A stretch of 64,000 nt of DNA from the human T2T-CHM13v2.0 reference genome, Homo sapiens (GCF_009914755.1 NC_060931.1); one strand, 5' to 3'. Shown: positions 41,926 to 55,980, counted from the first letter of the stretch. Numbers and translations: made by a program. Notes: generated by a model from the sequence alone, not told the origin.

Positions 41926-44900
41926 ACACCACTTATGGACTTCCTAGGGCAGTGTGGAACATGTACATGTGCATGCCTGCATCCACACATTGTAACTGCA
42001 GCATTTGAAGGCTTATTCTCTCATTTTCTAATAAAGGTCAGGGATAACATTTTTAATTCATTGAATTGTTCAAATTTAAAATTAAGATTTCTCTTTAATG
42101 TAGTAGAATAATGTAAATCACATTTCTCCTCATGAAGCCTTAACCGAAATGCATTTTTGATCTAAAAAGGGCTTTTCATCTGTTCTATGCTAAAAGGGAA
42201 GTGGAGCTGATTGGAGTAGCAGGCAGCAGGGGCCTGCATGAGAGAGAGGCCTGGGTTTAGGGGATGGCCACCTGTTGCATTGGCAGGACTTGATGGGTCT
42301 GAAGTGCTGAGTTGGGTGCCCGGTGAACAAAGATGCTGAGCCGGGGGCCCTGGTGTTCAGATTAAGAACACCTGCACCACACTCAGCCTGCCCCATGCTG
42401 TAAACAGTGCTTGTAAAGTCTTGTGCTTTGGCTGGAAAAGTAATTAGTGAGAAGCAGGCATGTGTTCATGTTATGTGGTCCCTGAAGTGGCCGTGCAAAG
42501 CTAGAGTCCCCAGTGGGGAGCTGCGACCTCTCCCCATGCCTCACCCTCCTATCAAGCTGGTCATTTTCATGCATGACCATGGTCCTATGGTTTGAGAAGA
42601 ACACAGAGTAGGAGCTGGCACCAGAGTGACCCCTGGTAGGCTCAGGTTCTGTGCTCACTGCAGCCGCTGAATTGATAGAAAAAAACTGGACAAAATAAAA
42701 CTGAACTGTCATTCTGTGTTTAAAATACAGTCTTTTGAGCATACAGCCAGCTGAGTACCAACTCATGGTGTGAGGCCTGGGGAGGTGGCTGGGAGCCCTG
42801 CATTTGGCTAAAGCCCTGCCTCCAGCCAGTGCCCTGCCTGGGAGAAGCCTTAGCCAGCTTGCTGGGCTCAGCCTGGACATCCAGGCAGAGAGGGACCTTC
42901 AAACCAGTCACCAGTAAGAGGAGTGACCAAAGGAACTGAAAGTAGGATGTAGGGTGAGGGCATTTCAGTCCTTCCATCCTGGTACAGCTGGCCTCTGGAG
43001 CACACTGAGGGCAGAACCAAGGCCTCTGGACAAAAGATCCAGGGAGGGAGATTTTCATTCAACGTATGTTGTCCAGCGGCTTGAGGGTTTGAGGTTGGGT
43101 GAAGCTGACATGTATAGTAGTGAGTCCCCCATCTCTGTGAGGTGTTCAAGGAAACGCAGATAACTGCTCAAGGAGATTAGGTAGACTGGATTCATTAATT
43201 ACTTTAGGGGTAAGATTACCTCTAAAAATGCTTCTTGGAATACTGATATTTGAGGGACATATCAAAGCAGCCTCCCGAGCAGCCAGGGTGAGAGCTGCGG
43301 ACAAGGTGGAGAACGTGTGGTGGTTGTACACCTCTGCTGGGGGACGGGAGGGTGGGAGGCTGGTAGTTGGTAGGGGCACATCAGGGACCTAACTACATGG
43401 GAGGGAAGGAGAGTGGAAAGTGGGAAATACTCCAGAGTTCAGCCCTGTAGAGTTGCTGCCTACTCCTGGTACTCTGAGGTCGGGCTAGGTTGCCCAGCAG
43501 TCGCAGGCCTCCTGAGGGTGCCAGTAGTGTTCCTCAGATAGGACGAGTTCTCTTCTCACTACATGTCTGATGCAGTACAGCAAGAGGATCATGTCATCCT
43601 TGTCCTCCAAGATCCAGGCCAGTGGACACCGGAGCTTCCTCAGTCCTGCAGCACAGAAGGGGGGCTGTGAAGTCCAGGCTGGCCACTGAGGGTCCAGCCA
43701 GAAGCCCCCCTTGGTCTCTCTGGTTATCAAGGGCTGGGACTGCACAATCCTCTTTGTCCCTGAAAGTCAGTGGTGAGCATTAGGGACTTCTACCCCAGAG
43801 CCCTGCAGGGAGGAGAGAAGCCACTGGCATCCATTCCGGGGAGACTCACTGGGTCAGGGCATGTGGCTTTGCCCCTCTGGTGTTTCTGCCCTCTTGACAA
43901 CAGTTATGGGGCTACTCTGGACATGTGCACCCTGCCCAGCCTGCCCAGCCAGGGTCACCCTGAATCTCAGGATTCATCCGTCCTTGGAGCAGCAACACCA
44001 TGCAGAGACGTGCATCACTTCTTACTTGCTTGCTCTGATCTTTCTTCGTCCCGTCGGTGGCATGGGTCACAGAGTGCCTCTTGCTTAAGGGAAAACCAAG
44101 TGTCAAAGAAGCTGAACATGAAGCAATTCAGCCCCAAAGTTAGAGACTAAGTTCCTCTAACCTTGGGGCTGAAGACTATTGTCTTAGCTGCTGCTGTGCT
44201 TGGAGAAGTTCCTTTCCCTCTGCACTTTCCCAAAAGGAGGTGTTTGTGGACCCTGGGATGCCCGCAAAGAGGGGTGTGTGCACCTCAGGACACTGGATGG
44301 TTCAGTGAGGTTTGGGGAGAGGGCATCACAAAGTCTATTTATAGTGATTGTATCTGAGAATTAAGAAATGTTTTTTCCTGATGTTGAAGAATGAACTGGC
44401 AGTGCTGACCTGACACTGGCCAGATGCCCTGTGTCACTTGCAGGAGGGAGGCGGGGACATCACTTCTGAGACAGAATGAGGACAGGACCACCCTCCCTTG
44501 GCTGTTCCCTTGTAGTAAACACGTTGTTGATTCCAGGTTCTGTGGTTACTGGTCTTGTTATTTAGAAGACTCTGTCAGGGTGACTGTGGGGGTCACTCAT
44601 AGCACATGTCGGCACACAGGGAGTTGCCAAGTTATGCTGTTTGTTATTTTGTTCTCTTTTCCAAATGACAAGCCCTCCAGGCTCTGACCTCTCTGAGGCA
44701 TCACGTAACTATCACTAGATGCATCCTGGTCAGTGATTTCTGAAACAGAAGGACAATTGAGAAGGGAAATACCTTTTGAAAGAAACTGTGCCATAAAGAG
44801 AACATTCTGAACATGGAGGTTGGATGGACACGTGATTTTGTTGACAGGAATAATGTGTGGTGCCCACTAATTCTTTCTTAAGAATAGAGTTTCCTGGTGG

Positions 44901-46039
44901 GAAAATCTTATAGACTGAGAATTTCAGTGGATTTTCATCACATTTGTTAAAATATATAACAATACAACTTCTGCTTGGTTCGTGAAAATAAGTGGCACAG
45001 GGAAAGACAGACGTTTCTCAGTCAAATCTCAACAAAGACCTTTGCATTTGTGGATGGATTAAGAGATATATGATGATTTGGGAAGGACAGCAGCTCTGAT
45101 AGCCCATTAATCCAAATGTGGAAATAAGCAGAATGTAGACACAAATTTTTAAATCACAATGCCATAAACCTAGATTATGGTTTTTAATCAAAGCATATTC
45201 AATTACGTTGTTTTCACTAAAATACTATTAACATTAACAATGGTATTTTGGAGAGAGCAGTAATTTTTGTGCCACTAATAAATAAAACAAAGCTATTATT
45301 TTAGAAAATATTCTTCACTTTCTGTTTATGTCACCCTTTACAAACCTTTCTTTTGTGTATATTGGAGCCTGATGTGTTAACACATAATTAATAATGTGGG
45401 TCCTATAGAGAGGTGTTTGTCCAGAATGTCATTATTGATGAGAACTTGAGTTGAAAGCAGCCCCGGAGACCATCTGAGGCTGGAAATTGAAGGTTTCTGA
45501 CCTTTGAGCATGACCCAGAGTAAGTCAGCACTGTGCCCAGACAGCCGCTGCGTGGGCAGAGTGTGGCTCCAGCCCATCTGGGCAGCCAGACCCCAGCTCT
45601 GGTCTGACCGAGAAGGTTATGGTCCCTGGGTTTCTTTTGTCCTCATCTGCTTCTGGTCTACGCTCCTTAAGGGACAGGAAGAAACACCTGGCGCCGTCTA
45701 TCTCCATGGATCGCACTGATTCGCTGGCATTGTCTTCCCAGAACACACTTGCACCAGGCCTGCCCTGCATGCCCTGCCTGGCTTCACACACACCCCCATC
45801 CTCGTACCTGGCCCTCAAGGCTCGGGGCCTCGTCATCTCTATCCTTAGAAATCTCCACTTCTCTGTTTTAACTGGTGGAATCACTGTGTGCAGTCTAGTG
45901 GCATATTCGTGGCCAGCTCAGCTCTGATAATATCAGTACTGCCAGAAAGCAGCTGTGCTCTTTAGGCTTAACTAAGGGGCGTGCTGTCCCCTCAGCCCTT
46001 GTTAAGTACAACCCTACAAGTGTTCCCTCTAACAGTGGG

Positions 46040-46150
46040 TGTGTTACACCCATTTTACAATAAGGAAACCACGGCACAGTGAGGCTGCATCTGCTGGCCG
46101 GGTCACCAGCCACCTAGGGGGACCTGAACCAGGGGAGCTGGCTTCCAAAC
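46040..46150. mobile_element. MIR fragment
   Basis: cccattttacaataaggaaaccacggcacagtgagg…ggtcaccagc. Confidence 0.55.
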
Positions 46151-47110
46151 CATGGCTTGTGGTGGCCAGGCCATGGGCCGCTCCGCAAGGGCAATCATTG
46201 CACAGTTTTTACTACATTCAAGAGTTTGATGCCTCCATAAATGCTGACACATACTTAGAGTATTCCCCAAGCTTCACTCCTTTCAGGAGTTGGGTTCTGT
46301 GTGAGGAAACACAGGGACCCTGGTGGCTTCTGCCTCCTAGGGCTGTGCTGGGTCCTGCCAAGAGCACTTCTTGAGCCCTCACAGTGGTCTGTGAATGAGG
46401 CCTTTGCTGTCAGCTTAATCAGTCTCTGCAGGGTCCTACAGCTAGCAGTAAGCAGGCTGGGACTCACCTGCTCCTGCCATCTGCTCTGCCGTGTCCTCTC
46501 CCCATGGTGGGACCCTTTGGGTCTTTACTCTTTGCCCCAGGGGGCTGGAAGTCGGCACTCAGATGAGCTCATTGGCCCTGGATCTGCCCCTGCCCTAGGT
46601 CCCTGCAGGGTTCTACTTGCCTCAATGCCCAGAGGGATGTGGCTCTAGTGAAGACCAGAGAGATTCCAGAGGAAACAGGAGCCTTAGGAAGGTGTCTGCC
46701 CCACCTGGGTGTGAGGCATTCTAGGACAGGTGCCCTGCGGGGCACATCAGGAGCTTCCTGGGGGCTGGTGGAGCCTGTGGATGGGCACATGCCTGAGAAA
46801 GAGTTGCTGTAGCATCTGGTCCCTAAGGGGTGGCGGAGGGCAGGGCGGACCCTGGAAATGAGGTGAAGCCATAGTTTGTCCTTTGGACATTCTAGCAGAT
46901 GAGGTGGTGACTTAGGCAGACATCTGCAGATCTTCCCTACCCAGTAACATGGATCTAGTCTTGCATCTAGTGGGGAGGAGGGACAGGAGCGTGGATGTAG
47001 ACCATCAGCACACCTGGAGTCCAGTTTGGATGATTAGAAGGAAGTGTGCGGTGGGAACAAGTGAAGGCAGCGTGAGTGGATGGGACTAATGGAGGCTCAT
47101 GATACCCCAG

Positions 47111-47227
47111 GCAGAGGAGGAGCGAGAGGACATGGAGAAGGTGAAGCTGGACAACAGGCGCATCCTCTTCAACCTCCTGCCGGCCCACGTCGCCCAGCAC
47201 TTCCTCATGTCCAACCCTCGGAACATG
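47111..47227 (+). CDS. ADCY1: ADCY1 exon 15 (helical domain leading into C2a)
   Basis: ccccag|GCAGAG…AACATG|gtgagc; AEEEREDMEKVKLDNRRILFNLLPAHVAQHFLMSNPRNM; 117 bp. Confidence 0.94.
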
Positions 47228-47334
47228 GTGAGCACCCAGCCTGCTCCTGGCCAGCACTAGCCCGACACTGCTCTGGCCACCCCACTTGGCGCTCACCTGG
47301 CTGACCCTTCCTGACCCATCCTTTGAACTTCCAG

Positions 47335-47481
47335 GACCTCTACTACCAGTCCTACTCCCAGGTGGGCGTCATGTTTGCCTCCATCCCCAACTTCAATGAC
47401 TTCTACATCGAGCTGGACGGCAACAACATGGGGGTGGAGTGTCTGCGGCTTCTCAACGAGATCATCGCCGACTTTGACGAG
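47335..47481 (+). CDS. ADCY1: ADCY1 exon 16 (C2a)
   Basis: ttccag|GACCTC…GACGAG|gtgagg; [49 protein letters not shown]; 147 bp. Confidence 0.96.
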
Positions 47482-47778
47482 GTGAGGCTGTGCGTCGCCA
47501 TCCTGACCCCGCCTGGTTGTGGTGGTGCATCCTGTTGCATGGGCAGAGCGTGTCTCACAATATGTCACATTCTTCGTAGCTGGAATGAGAGAAAGCAAAT
47601 CCCGGGAAGCACAGGCATTCTGTCTCCTTTGGGATCCAGACCAACCATGACAGGAGAGAAGGGGGTCTTGACTCTAGGTTGGGGGACCAGGGCCACTGGG
47701 TGGGGCTGGGTGTTTGTTGTCCATGTTGTAAATGTCAGGGCTGGGACATCTACAGTGGCCAGGGCTGGGCAGCCTCAT

Positions 47779-47958
47779 CTACAGATGGGCAGGCAGGTGG
47801 GTGCCTCCAGGCCCTTGTCTACAGATGGACAGGCAGGCGGGCACCCTTGTCTACAGATGGGCAGGCAGGTGGGCACCTCCAGGCCCTTGTCTACAGATGG
47901 GCAGGCAGGCACGCACCCTTGTCTACAGATGGGCAGACAGGTGGGTGCCTCCAGGCCC
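47779..47958. repeat. Higher-order tandem repeat: alternating 40- and 32-bp units (72-bp period x2.5)
   Basis: Units beginning ctacagatgg at 47779, 47819, 47851, 47891 and 47923. Confidence 0.9.
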
Positions 47959-48252
47959 CCCCCACCCCGACAGCCAGCCAGGCACTGTGGCAGCCCCACC
48001 ACCCCTTGTCATTGGACCTGATTCTCCTGGTGGCTGCGAGCTCACCTGTTGGGGACAGGAATGTGTCCTGTACTGTCCTGCCTCACCTCTTCTTGCCAGT
48101 GTAGTCCTAGAACTTGTCTGCCCAAAGCAAAGAAGACATGTTGCTTTCCTGAATGTGTCCATCGGCTCTGCTGTTGCTCCTGGGGGCTGACGGCTGCAGC
48201 GACTTTTCTCAAATGTTATGTCATGTTTAACAGTTTTATGTTTTAAACAAAG

Positions 48253-48351
48253 CTCATGGAAAAAGACTTTTACAAGGACATAGAGAAGATCAAGACCATC
48301 GGGAGCACCTACATGGCCGCTGTGGGGCTAGCGCCCACCTCGGGGACCAAG
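48253..48351 (+). CDS. ADCY1: ADCY1 exon 17 (C2a)
   Basis: acaaag|CTCATG…ACCAAG|gtgagt; LMEKDFYKDIEKIKTIGSTYMAAVGLAPTSGTK (conserved EKIKTIGSTYMAA motif); 99 bp. Confidence 0.95.
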
Positions 48352-48749
48352 GTGAGTGCAGCCTGGCGCTGCCTGCTTGGGGACTGGGTCCAAGCTCTGC
48401 CCTAAACTGCTCTGGGACCCTGGGTAGCTTCCACACTGGGGTTTGTTTGCCCTCTGTGTTGGATTACAGGAGCAGCTTGAGTGCTGTTTTTGTCCGTGGC
48501 TGGCTCTCTCCAGACACAATCTCCTAGGGAAAGTCAGCACAGAAGGCACCGGAGCTTCCTCCAGCCCCAGCCCTGCCCTGCTAGACACCTCCCCCTAGAA
48601 CCCTCACCCTGCCCCTGCTCCATTACCTCCCGCACTGGCCCACCTCCTCAGCAGCCCAGTCCCTCCCCCACCAGCCCCCACCTTCCTCCCTGCTTGCCCC
48701 TCTCTTCTCCTCCCATCAGCCTTGCACTCTCCTTTTCCACAGTAGAACT

Positions 48750-51580
48750 ATGAATAAATACAAATAATTATTCTGAATAGGTCTAGATTTATTAAAGAAA
48801 TTGAATCAATAATTAATAATCTTCTGAAAGAGAAAGCACCAGATTGAGATACATACACTGGTGAATTCTACCAAATATTTAAGGAAGAAATTACACCAGT
48901 TCTCTACAATCTCTTCCAGAAGACAGAAGCAGAAGGAACACTTTCTAACTCATTCTGTAGGCCAGCATTACCTGAATACCAGACCCAGACAAAGACGTAA
49001 TAGAAAAAGAAAATTACAGACCAATATTTCTCATTAATATAGATGTATAAACCCCCAACAAATATTAGCACATTGAATTCAATAATGAATGGAAAGAATT
49101 ATATACTAAAACTGCATTGGATTTTTTCCAGATATACAAGGCTGTTTTAGTATTCCAAAATTAATTCATGAAATTTCATCAAATCAACAGGATAAAGAAG
49201 AAAAATTATATAATCGTATCAATTGATGCAGAAAAATTATTTAAGTCTAACACCCATTCCTGGTTTTTTAAAAAAACTCTCAGTGAACTGGCAATAGAAG
49301 ACAACACCTCAGTTTGATTTAAAAAATTTTGCAAAATACCCATAGCTTGATATACCTAATGGAGGGAAACTAAATGCTCTCTAAGATGAGAAGCATGGCG
49401 AGAATATCCTCTCTCACCATTTCTATTCAACATTTTACTGGAAGGCAGTAAGACAAGAAAGAAAACAGAAGGCATACAGACTGAGAAGGAATCTGCTTGC
49501 AGATGACATGACTATACGTAGAAAATGCAGAAGAATTAACAACAGCAATAACAGAAAAAAGCCCCTGGAACTAAGAAGCAATTATAGTAAGGTTCCAGGA
49601 TATAAATTGAATATATAAAAGCTCATCATTTTTCTGTATGCCAGCAATGAACAATTGGAATTTGCAATTACAAACAAAATGCCATTTATAGTAGTAGCCA
49701 AAAAATGAAATACTAGGTATAACTCTAACAAACTATGTACAAGATCTATATGAGCAAAACTATAAAATTCTGATGGAAGAAATGAAAGATCTAAGTAATT
49801 GGGGAGTCAGTGTTCCTGCATCGGAGGAGTCAGTATTGTTAAGATGGCAGTTCTTCCCAATTTGATTTATAGATTTAACACAAGTCCAATCGGAACTCCA
49901 CCACCATATTCTGTGTCGTTGACAAAATGATCCTAAGTTTTTATGGAAAGTAAAAAGACACAGAATAGTCAACACAATATTGAAGCAGAAGGACAAAGCT
50001 GGAGGACTGACACTACCCAACTTCAAGACTTACAAAGCTGTAGTAATCAAGACAGCGTGGTATTGGCAAAAGAATAGGCAAATAGATCAGTGCAACAGAC
50101 TAGGGAGCCCAGAAATAGACCCATAGACATATAGTCAACTGGTTTTTGGCAAAGGAGCAGTAGCAATACCATGGAGAAAGGATAGTCTCTTCAACAAACA
50201 GTGCTGAAACAACTGGACATCACATGCAAAAAAAAAAAAAAAAAAAAGAGAATATAGATGCAGACTTTACACCCCTCACAAAAATTAACTCAAAATTGAT
50301 AATAAGCCTAAATGTAAAATGCAAAACTACAAAACTTTTAGAAGATAACATAGAAGAAAAATCTAGATGACCTTCAGTTTGGCAATGACTTTTTAAATAC
50401 AATACCAAAAGCATGATTCATGAAAGAAAAAATTGGTAAGTTGGACTTCATGAAAATTAAAAACTCCTACTCTGTGAAAAATATTGTTTAGAGAATGAAA
50501 AGTCAAGTCACAGATTAGTAGAAAATCTTTGCAAGCCACCTATCTGATAAAGGACTTGTATCTATAGTACACAAAGAGCCATTACAATTCAACAAGGGAG
50601 AAAAAAAAACCCCAGTTAAAAAGTGGGCAAACAATTCGAACAGGCACCTCACCAAAAGAGATGCAGATGACAGATAGGCATATGAAAGGATGCTCAGCAT
50701 TGTATGTTTTTAGGGCTTTGCAAATGAAAACAACAATAAAATATCACTAGATACCTGTTAGAAGGGCTGCAATCCAAAACACTGACAAGACAAATGCCGG
50801 TGAGGATGTGGAGCAACAGAAACTCTCCTTCATTGCTGGTGGGAATGCAATCTAGGACACCCACTGTGGGAGAGAGTTTGGTGGTTTCTCACAAAGTTAG
50901 ACATAATGTTACCATATGATCCAGCAATTGCACTTTTGGTATATATCCAAATGAAATGAGAACTTATGTCCATGAGTATTCATAGCAGCTTTATTCATAA
51001 TAAAAACTGGAAGCAAACTAGGTATCCTTCAGTAGGTGAATGGATAAAGAAATTTGGTATATCCATAAGGTAGAATATTATTAAGTGAGAAGAAATGAGC
51101 TATTAAGTTATGAAAAGACATGGAGAAGCCTTAAATACAATTGGCTACATAAACCAGTCTGAAAAGGTTACATACTGTATGATTCCAGCTGTATGAAATT
51201 CTGGAAAAGGCAAAACGGTAGAGACTGTAAAAGGATTAGTGGTTGCTGGGGGTTGGGGGAAAGGTGGAATGAACAGACAGCAGGGAGGATTTTCAGGGCA
51301 GTGAAACTGTTGTATGTAATACTGTCATAGTGGATAAATGTCATGCATTTAGAATGCATAGAATGGACAATACCAAGAGTGAACCCTAATTAAATTATGT
51401 ACTTTGGTTAATAATATCAATATTGGTTCATCAGTTGTAACAAATGTGTCACACTTAGGTAAGATGTTAACAATAGGCGAAACTGTGGGGAGAAGGGATA
51501 TATGACAATTCTGTATAATCTGCTCAACTTACCTATAAACCTAAAATTGCCCTAAAAATAAAGTCTGTTAATTTTTAAAA
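48750..51580 (+). mobile_element. Old L1 (L1MC-like), 3' part of ORF2 plus 3' UTR, sense to ADCY1
   Basis: Decayed ORF2 (…gcttgcagatgacatg…, ctggaggactgacactacccaacttcaagactt…) and an L1MC-like 3' end with aataaa at 51557-51562. Confidence 0.82.
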
Positions 51581-52085
51581 AGCATTAGTTTCCTGATTGT
51601 GAGAACTAATAAAATTCCCTTTAAAAATAAAAATTAGAGACTTTACAACTGTTACTGTTTCACAAGAGAAAGGACCTTGTCACACACATACATGACGATG
51701 TAGCCTCAATCTCAAGGAGGGAAATTGCCTACTCCCTGGCATGCATCTCTGTCCTTGTTTTGCTCATTTGCAATGGCCATTAGCAACGCTGTCCAAGCAG
51801 GAGTTTGAGCACCTGGTCTCCCACTCAAAAGGGCTGCCCTGCCCTATTCCTGCAGGCAGCCTTGGGTGGGCCCTGTCTCTGCCCCTCAGGAGCCCCTGGG
51901 GCTTGGCCAATACCCTGCCTCTCTCTTAGTCTCCTACCTGTAGAATGGAATGATAAATGTGCCTATAGCCAGGCACTCAGAGTGCCTTCCTCTGAAAGTG
52001 CAGCTGTTGGGCACTGCAGGTTGGTCCCTGGCCCCCTCTTGCCTTGCACTCCCCAGATGTAATGACCCCATCTGTTTACACCTAG

Positions 52086-52200
52086 GCTAAGAAGTCCATC
52101 TCCTCCCACCTGAGCACGCTGGCGGACTTTGCCATTGAGATGTTTGACGTTCTGGATGAAATCAACTACCAGTCTTACAACGACTTTGTCCTCCGAGTTG
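52086..52200 (+). CDS. ADCY1: ADCY1 exon 18 (C2a)
   Basis: acctag|GCTAAG…GAGTTG|gtatgt; [38 protein letters not shown]; 115 bp. Confidence 0.95.
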
Positions 52201-54263
52201 GTATGTGGCTCTAAACCTATCCTGTCCATCCATGTGGAACACCTTCCTACACCCACCTAGGGGTGGGATCAGCTGATGAGGTACCCTGGTCTTACAGGAA
52301 GGAGGGTGGTGCCACCCAGGAGGGCATGGGGACCTGTGTACCGAGTTGCCCCTGGAAGCTGCTGGTGGAAGGTGAAGATGCTTCAGAAAGTGACTTAGAC
52401 TTTGAAGATTCATTGTCTAGCTCAGGAAACACATTAGAAATCTTGATTGTCCTGGAGACGTTCAGATGCTCCTCCAAGTCCACACTTAGCTGAAGTAAAA
52501 TGCCCTTTTCCCTGTTCGCCAGCCACGGCTACATAGTTGAGGCCACATGGGCTGTCCAGAAGGAGGCCTTGACGGGAGCCCCACTGTGCGGACTCCAGCC
52601 GCCCTGTGTCTTCTCCAGGCTCCTTCCCTCACCTGTGTCGTGAGGAGGAAAAACCACTGGATGCCCCAGTTCCTTTCTAGCTTTTATAAAACTATGATTT
52701 GTTGTTTTTTTTTTTAATCATAAATTCACTTTTTCTTGAGATGTAGACAGTTTACCAGAAATAAATTCTACTAGTCCAGGATACAGTTAAACTAGAGGTT
52801 CATGGTTGTTTTCGAATTCAAACATCCAGTAGCCTTAAAAACAAAACTTGGAGCTGCTTGTGAGTGTGAAGGGTGGTAGGTGATCCATTTAGAGCATGTG
52901 GAGTTCTGATGTCCTGAAAAGCAAGCTCGGCTTTAGGCATGGTGTCTGGGCAGAGGGCAGGGGCAGAGTGAGCCAGCTGGGCCCTGGGCTCTGGTCGGCA
53001 GAGCTACTGATGTGCCTGAAAATCAATCTGATGGTGGGTCGGGGAAATTCTGCTCCTCACTTTCCAATGACAAGACCAGCTGGCAAGCCCAGCCCTGTGT
53101 CTCAGTGTCTGGTCATGCAGTGGGGCTGGACAAGGATCTCTCGGGGCCCTTCTGCCCATCAGGCCGGTGCTAGCCTAGTGTTCTTTATGTGGGTGGGGAG
53201 TCTGGGGTTAGCAGAGGGTGCTCCCTAACTCCCACCAGCTCCAGCCATCTGGGAAGTGGTCCTTTGGGGTTCTTCTCTGAGTTTACCATGCCCACCTTCC
53301 CCAGCTCACACCACTGTGCCGCCTGCTCTCAGGCTCCTCCTATGCCATGCCAGCTCCCCACTGCCCAGGATGTCAGAGGAATTTTCTAGGACAAGCTCAG
53401 AAAAATTAGTCCACAAGTATGGAAGGGGAAGATAGGAAGTGGCTTCGGTCGAGGCCAGAAAGCCCCAGTTGCAGGAGGTGGCTGCCAGCAGGCTGTAACA
53501 GGAGAGCTGACAGCATGCTTGGTCCCCCTCTGTCCTGCCGAGGACGGGCCAGGCGTCACAGCCTGGTATGTGCCCTACTTACAGGGAAGGAAGTCCAGGC
53601 TCAGAGAGGGTGAGTGCTTTGCAGAAAGTTGCACAAGGGGTGACTCAAGTTCGGGTGTGCCTGGGTTGTCACGATGCTGTCCAGCTGGTCTGCAGCTGTC
53701 CGGAGGCCAGTTGGACACTGAGCTACAAAAAGAGAAGATACTCCCTCTCCTCCCTTCAGAGCATTCTGCACCATCTTGCTTAGTTCTGGGGCCCATACTC
53801 TAAAATAGCCATAAGGTCACATTGTGAGAAAAGGTCCGGAGCTGCTATTTTTCTGGAAGAGAGGATGCACTTGGAGACATACCCTGTAATCACAGATATT
53901 GAAAGGCCACACTTCTGAGTGGCTCCCCTGGTAGGGCTCAGCACAGAGGCTGCTATTCCAGGAAAGGGGACTTTTATTTAGGATCAGGACTCGTTTTGAA
54001 CAGCCAGTGCTGTTCCCCAGTGCAGTGGACAGTGTCGTGAGGAGACCCTGCCCAGGGGAGCCCGTGCAGCAGGGCAGCTGCCTCTCTGGTGCTGTGTGTG
54101 ATGCTTCAGGAAGGAGCCTGGTGCTAGGTGACCCCAGGAAACAAAGCCCTGAAAGGAGCAGCCTTTTCTCCACCAGGAGCAGCATCAGGTGCATTTGGTG
54201 GCCCTGGTGGGGTGAGTTACACTTTTCCCGCTGATGACAGGTCATGCGCTGGCTGTTTTCTAG

Positions 54264-54388
54264 GCATCAATGTTGGCCCTGTGGTGGCTGGAGTGATTGG
54301 CGCTCGCAGGCCCCAGTACGACATCTGGGGAAACACAGTCAACGTGGCCAGTCGGATGGATAGCACAGGGGTCCAGGGCAGAATCCAG
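54264..54388 (+). CDS. ADCY1: ADCY1 exon 19 (C2a, catalytic Asn/Arg motif)
   Basis: ttctag|GCATCA…ATCCAG|gtcagt; [42 protein letters not shown]; 125 bp. Confidence 0.97.
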
Positions 54389-54419
54389 GTCAGTTCACCA
54401 AGAAACCCCTAAGGCATGG

Positions 54420-54490
54420 GTGCCCATTCTTCAGGTGAGGAAACTGAGGCACAGGGGGCCAGAATTGAATCCCCAGTCTACAGCCCGTAA
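54420..54490. mobile_element. MIR fragment
   Basis: cccattcttcaggtgaggaaactgaggcacag. Confidence 0.6.
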
Positions 54491-55204
54491 GTGGCAGGGC
54501 AGAAAGAGCTGCATATTTCGGTCTGTCTGCTCTGGAGGGCATCCTGGCCCGGGCATCTTGATTTTGCTGTTTGGTTTGTCATTTAGCCTTGGGGGCTGGC
54601 TCCTGAGTGACCAAGTGCAGTGGTGGGAGCACTGAGTCACTGGGTCCTGCTGCTGGTCCCAGCAGCCTGGTGGCTCTCATTCACTCTGCACATCCCAGGA
54701 CTCCAGACTCCACCAGCTGCCATAGGAAGGAAGGGCTTTCTTGTGTGTTTGAAGGGAGGGTGCTGTGCATGTCCACCTCATCTGAGGAACTTGTGGGCAG
54801 CTGAGGTGGCCTGACACATGGTGGCTGACACCCTCTAAAAGCCATGGAAAGGTTTAGAAGGCAGCAGCCTCTGCTTTTCCTCAGTGTGGAGGAATGTGGT
54901 TCGGCTTCTGGGATTTCCCTTGGAACAAATTTGAAACTTGACTCGGTCTTGATGACCACCAGGATGAAGCCCTTAAAACTAAGATGGAGATTGTGAGGGG
55001 CCACACAGCCCTGCAGCCACCCTCGCTGGGAACTGCAGGCCTCCAGAGGCCATGGAGGGAAGGCTTGGTCCCCAGGCACGTGACAGCAGCTATTCACGGG
55101 GGCAGTTTAAGGGACAGGTAGGCCAAAATATTCATGGAGCTCTCCTCTCCTGCTCAAAACATAGATGGGGCTTCCATGGAGCAGTGCTGCACTTCTGCAT
55201 TCTC

Positions 55205-55337
55205 TTTTTTAAAATTTCTTTTATCACAGTAAGGTATACATTGAATTTGTCATCTTTTTTCTAGGTGTACGGTTGAGTGGCATTAAATATATTTACATGG
55301 TTGTGCAGCCATCACCACCATCCACCTCCAGAACTTC
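55205..55337 (-). mobile_element. L1M 3'-end fragment
   Basis: gtgtacggttgagtggcattaaatatatttacatggttgtgcagccatcaccaccatccacctccagaac. Confidence 0.7.
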
Positions 55338-55342
55338 GTGCT

Positions 55343-55980
55343 GTATATATATATATATACACGTATGTATACACATATACACATATATACACACACATAT
55401 ATGTATATATACATATATGTGTGTATATACATATATGTGTGTATATATACGTGTGTGTATATACATATATGTGTATATATACAGCATGAAGTGTAAATAT
55501 ATATACTTATACTTTTTTACAATGTACTTTTTAAAATATACAATATTTAAATATTAATATTAATTTTATTAATATATATTAAATATATAAATATATTTAT
55601 ATATTATATTAAATATGTAAATATATATTATATATTATATTAAATATAGAAATACATATTATATTAAATATATAAATACATATATTAAATATATATTTTA
55701 TATATTATATTAAATATATATTTTATATATTATATTAAATATATATTTTATATATTATATTAAATATATATTTTATATAATATATTAAATATATATTTTA
55801 TATATTATATTAAATATATAATATATTTTATAATTTTATAATTTTATAAATTTTTATATTTAAAATTTTTATTTTAAATTATTTTAAATTTTAAATATTT
55901 TATAATTTTATTTAAATAATAAAATTAAATGTTAAATATATTAAATTAATATTAAATATATAAACATATATATATACTTA
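55343..55980. repeat. (TA/CA/TG)n compound microsatellite followed by an almost pure AT block with a 25-bp tandem unit
   Basis: Alternating purine-pyrimidine run 55343-55482; unit tatattaaatatatattttatatat ~5.6x at 55681-55820. Confidence 0.93.
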
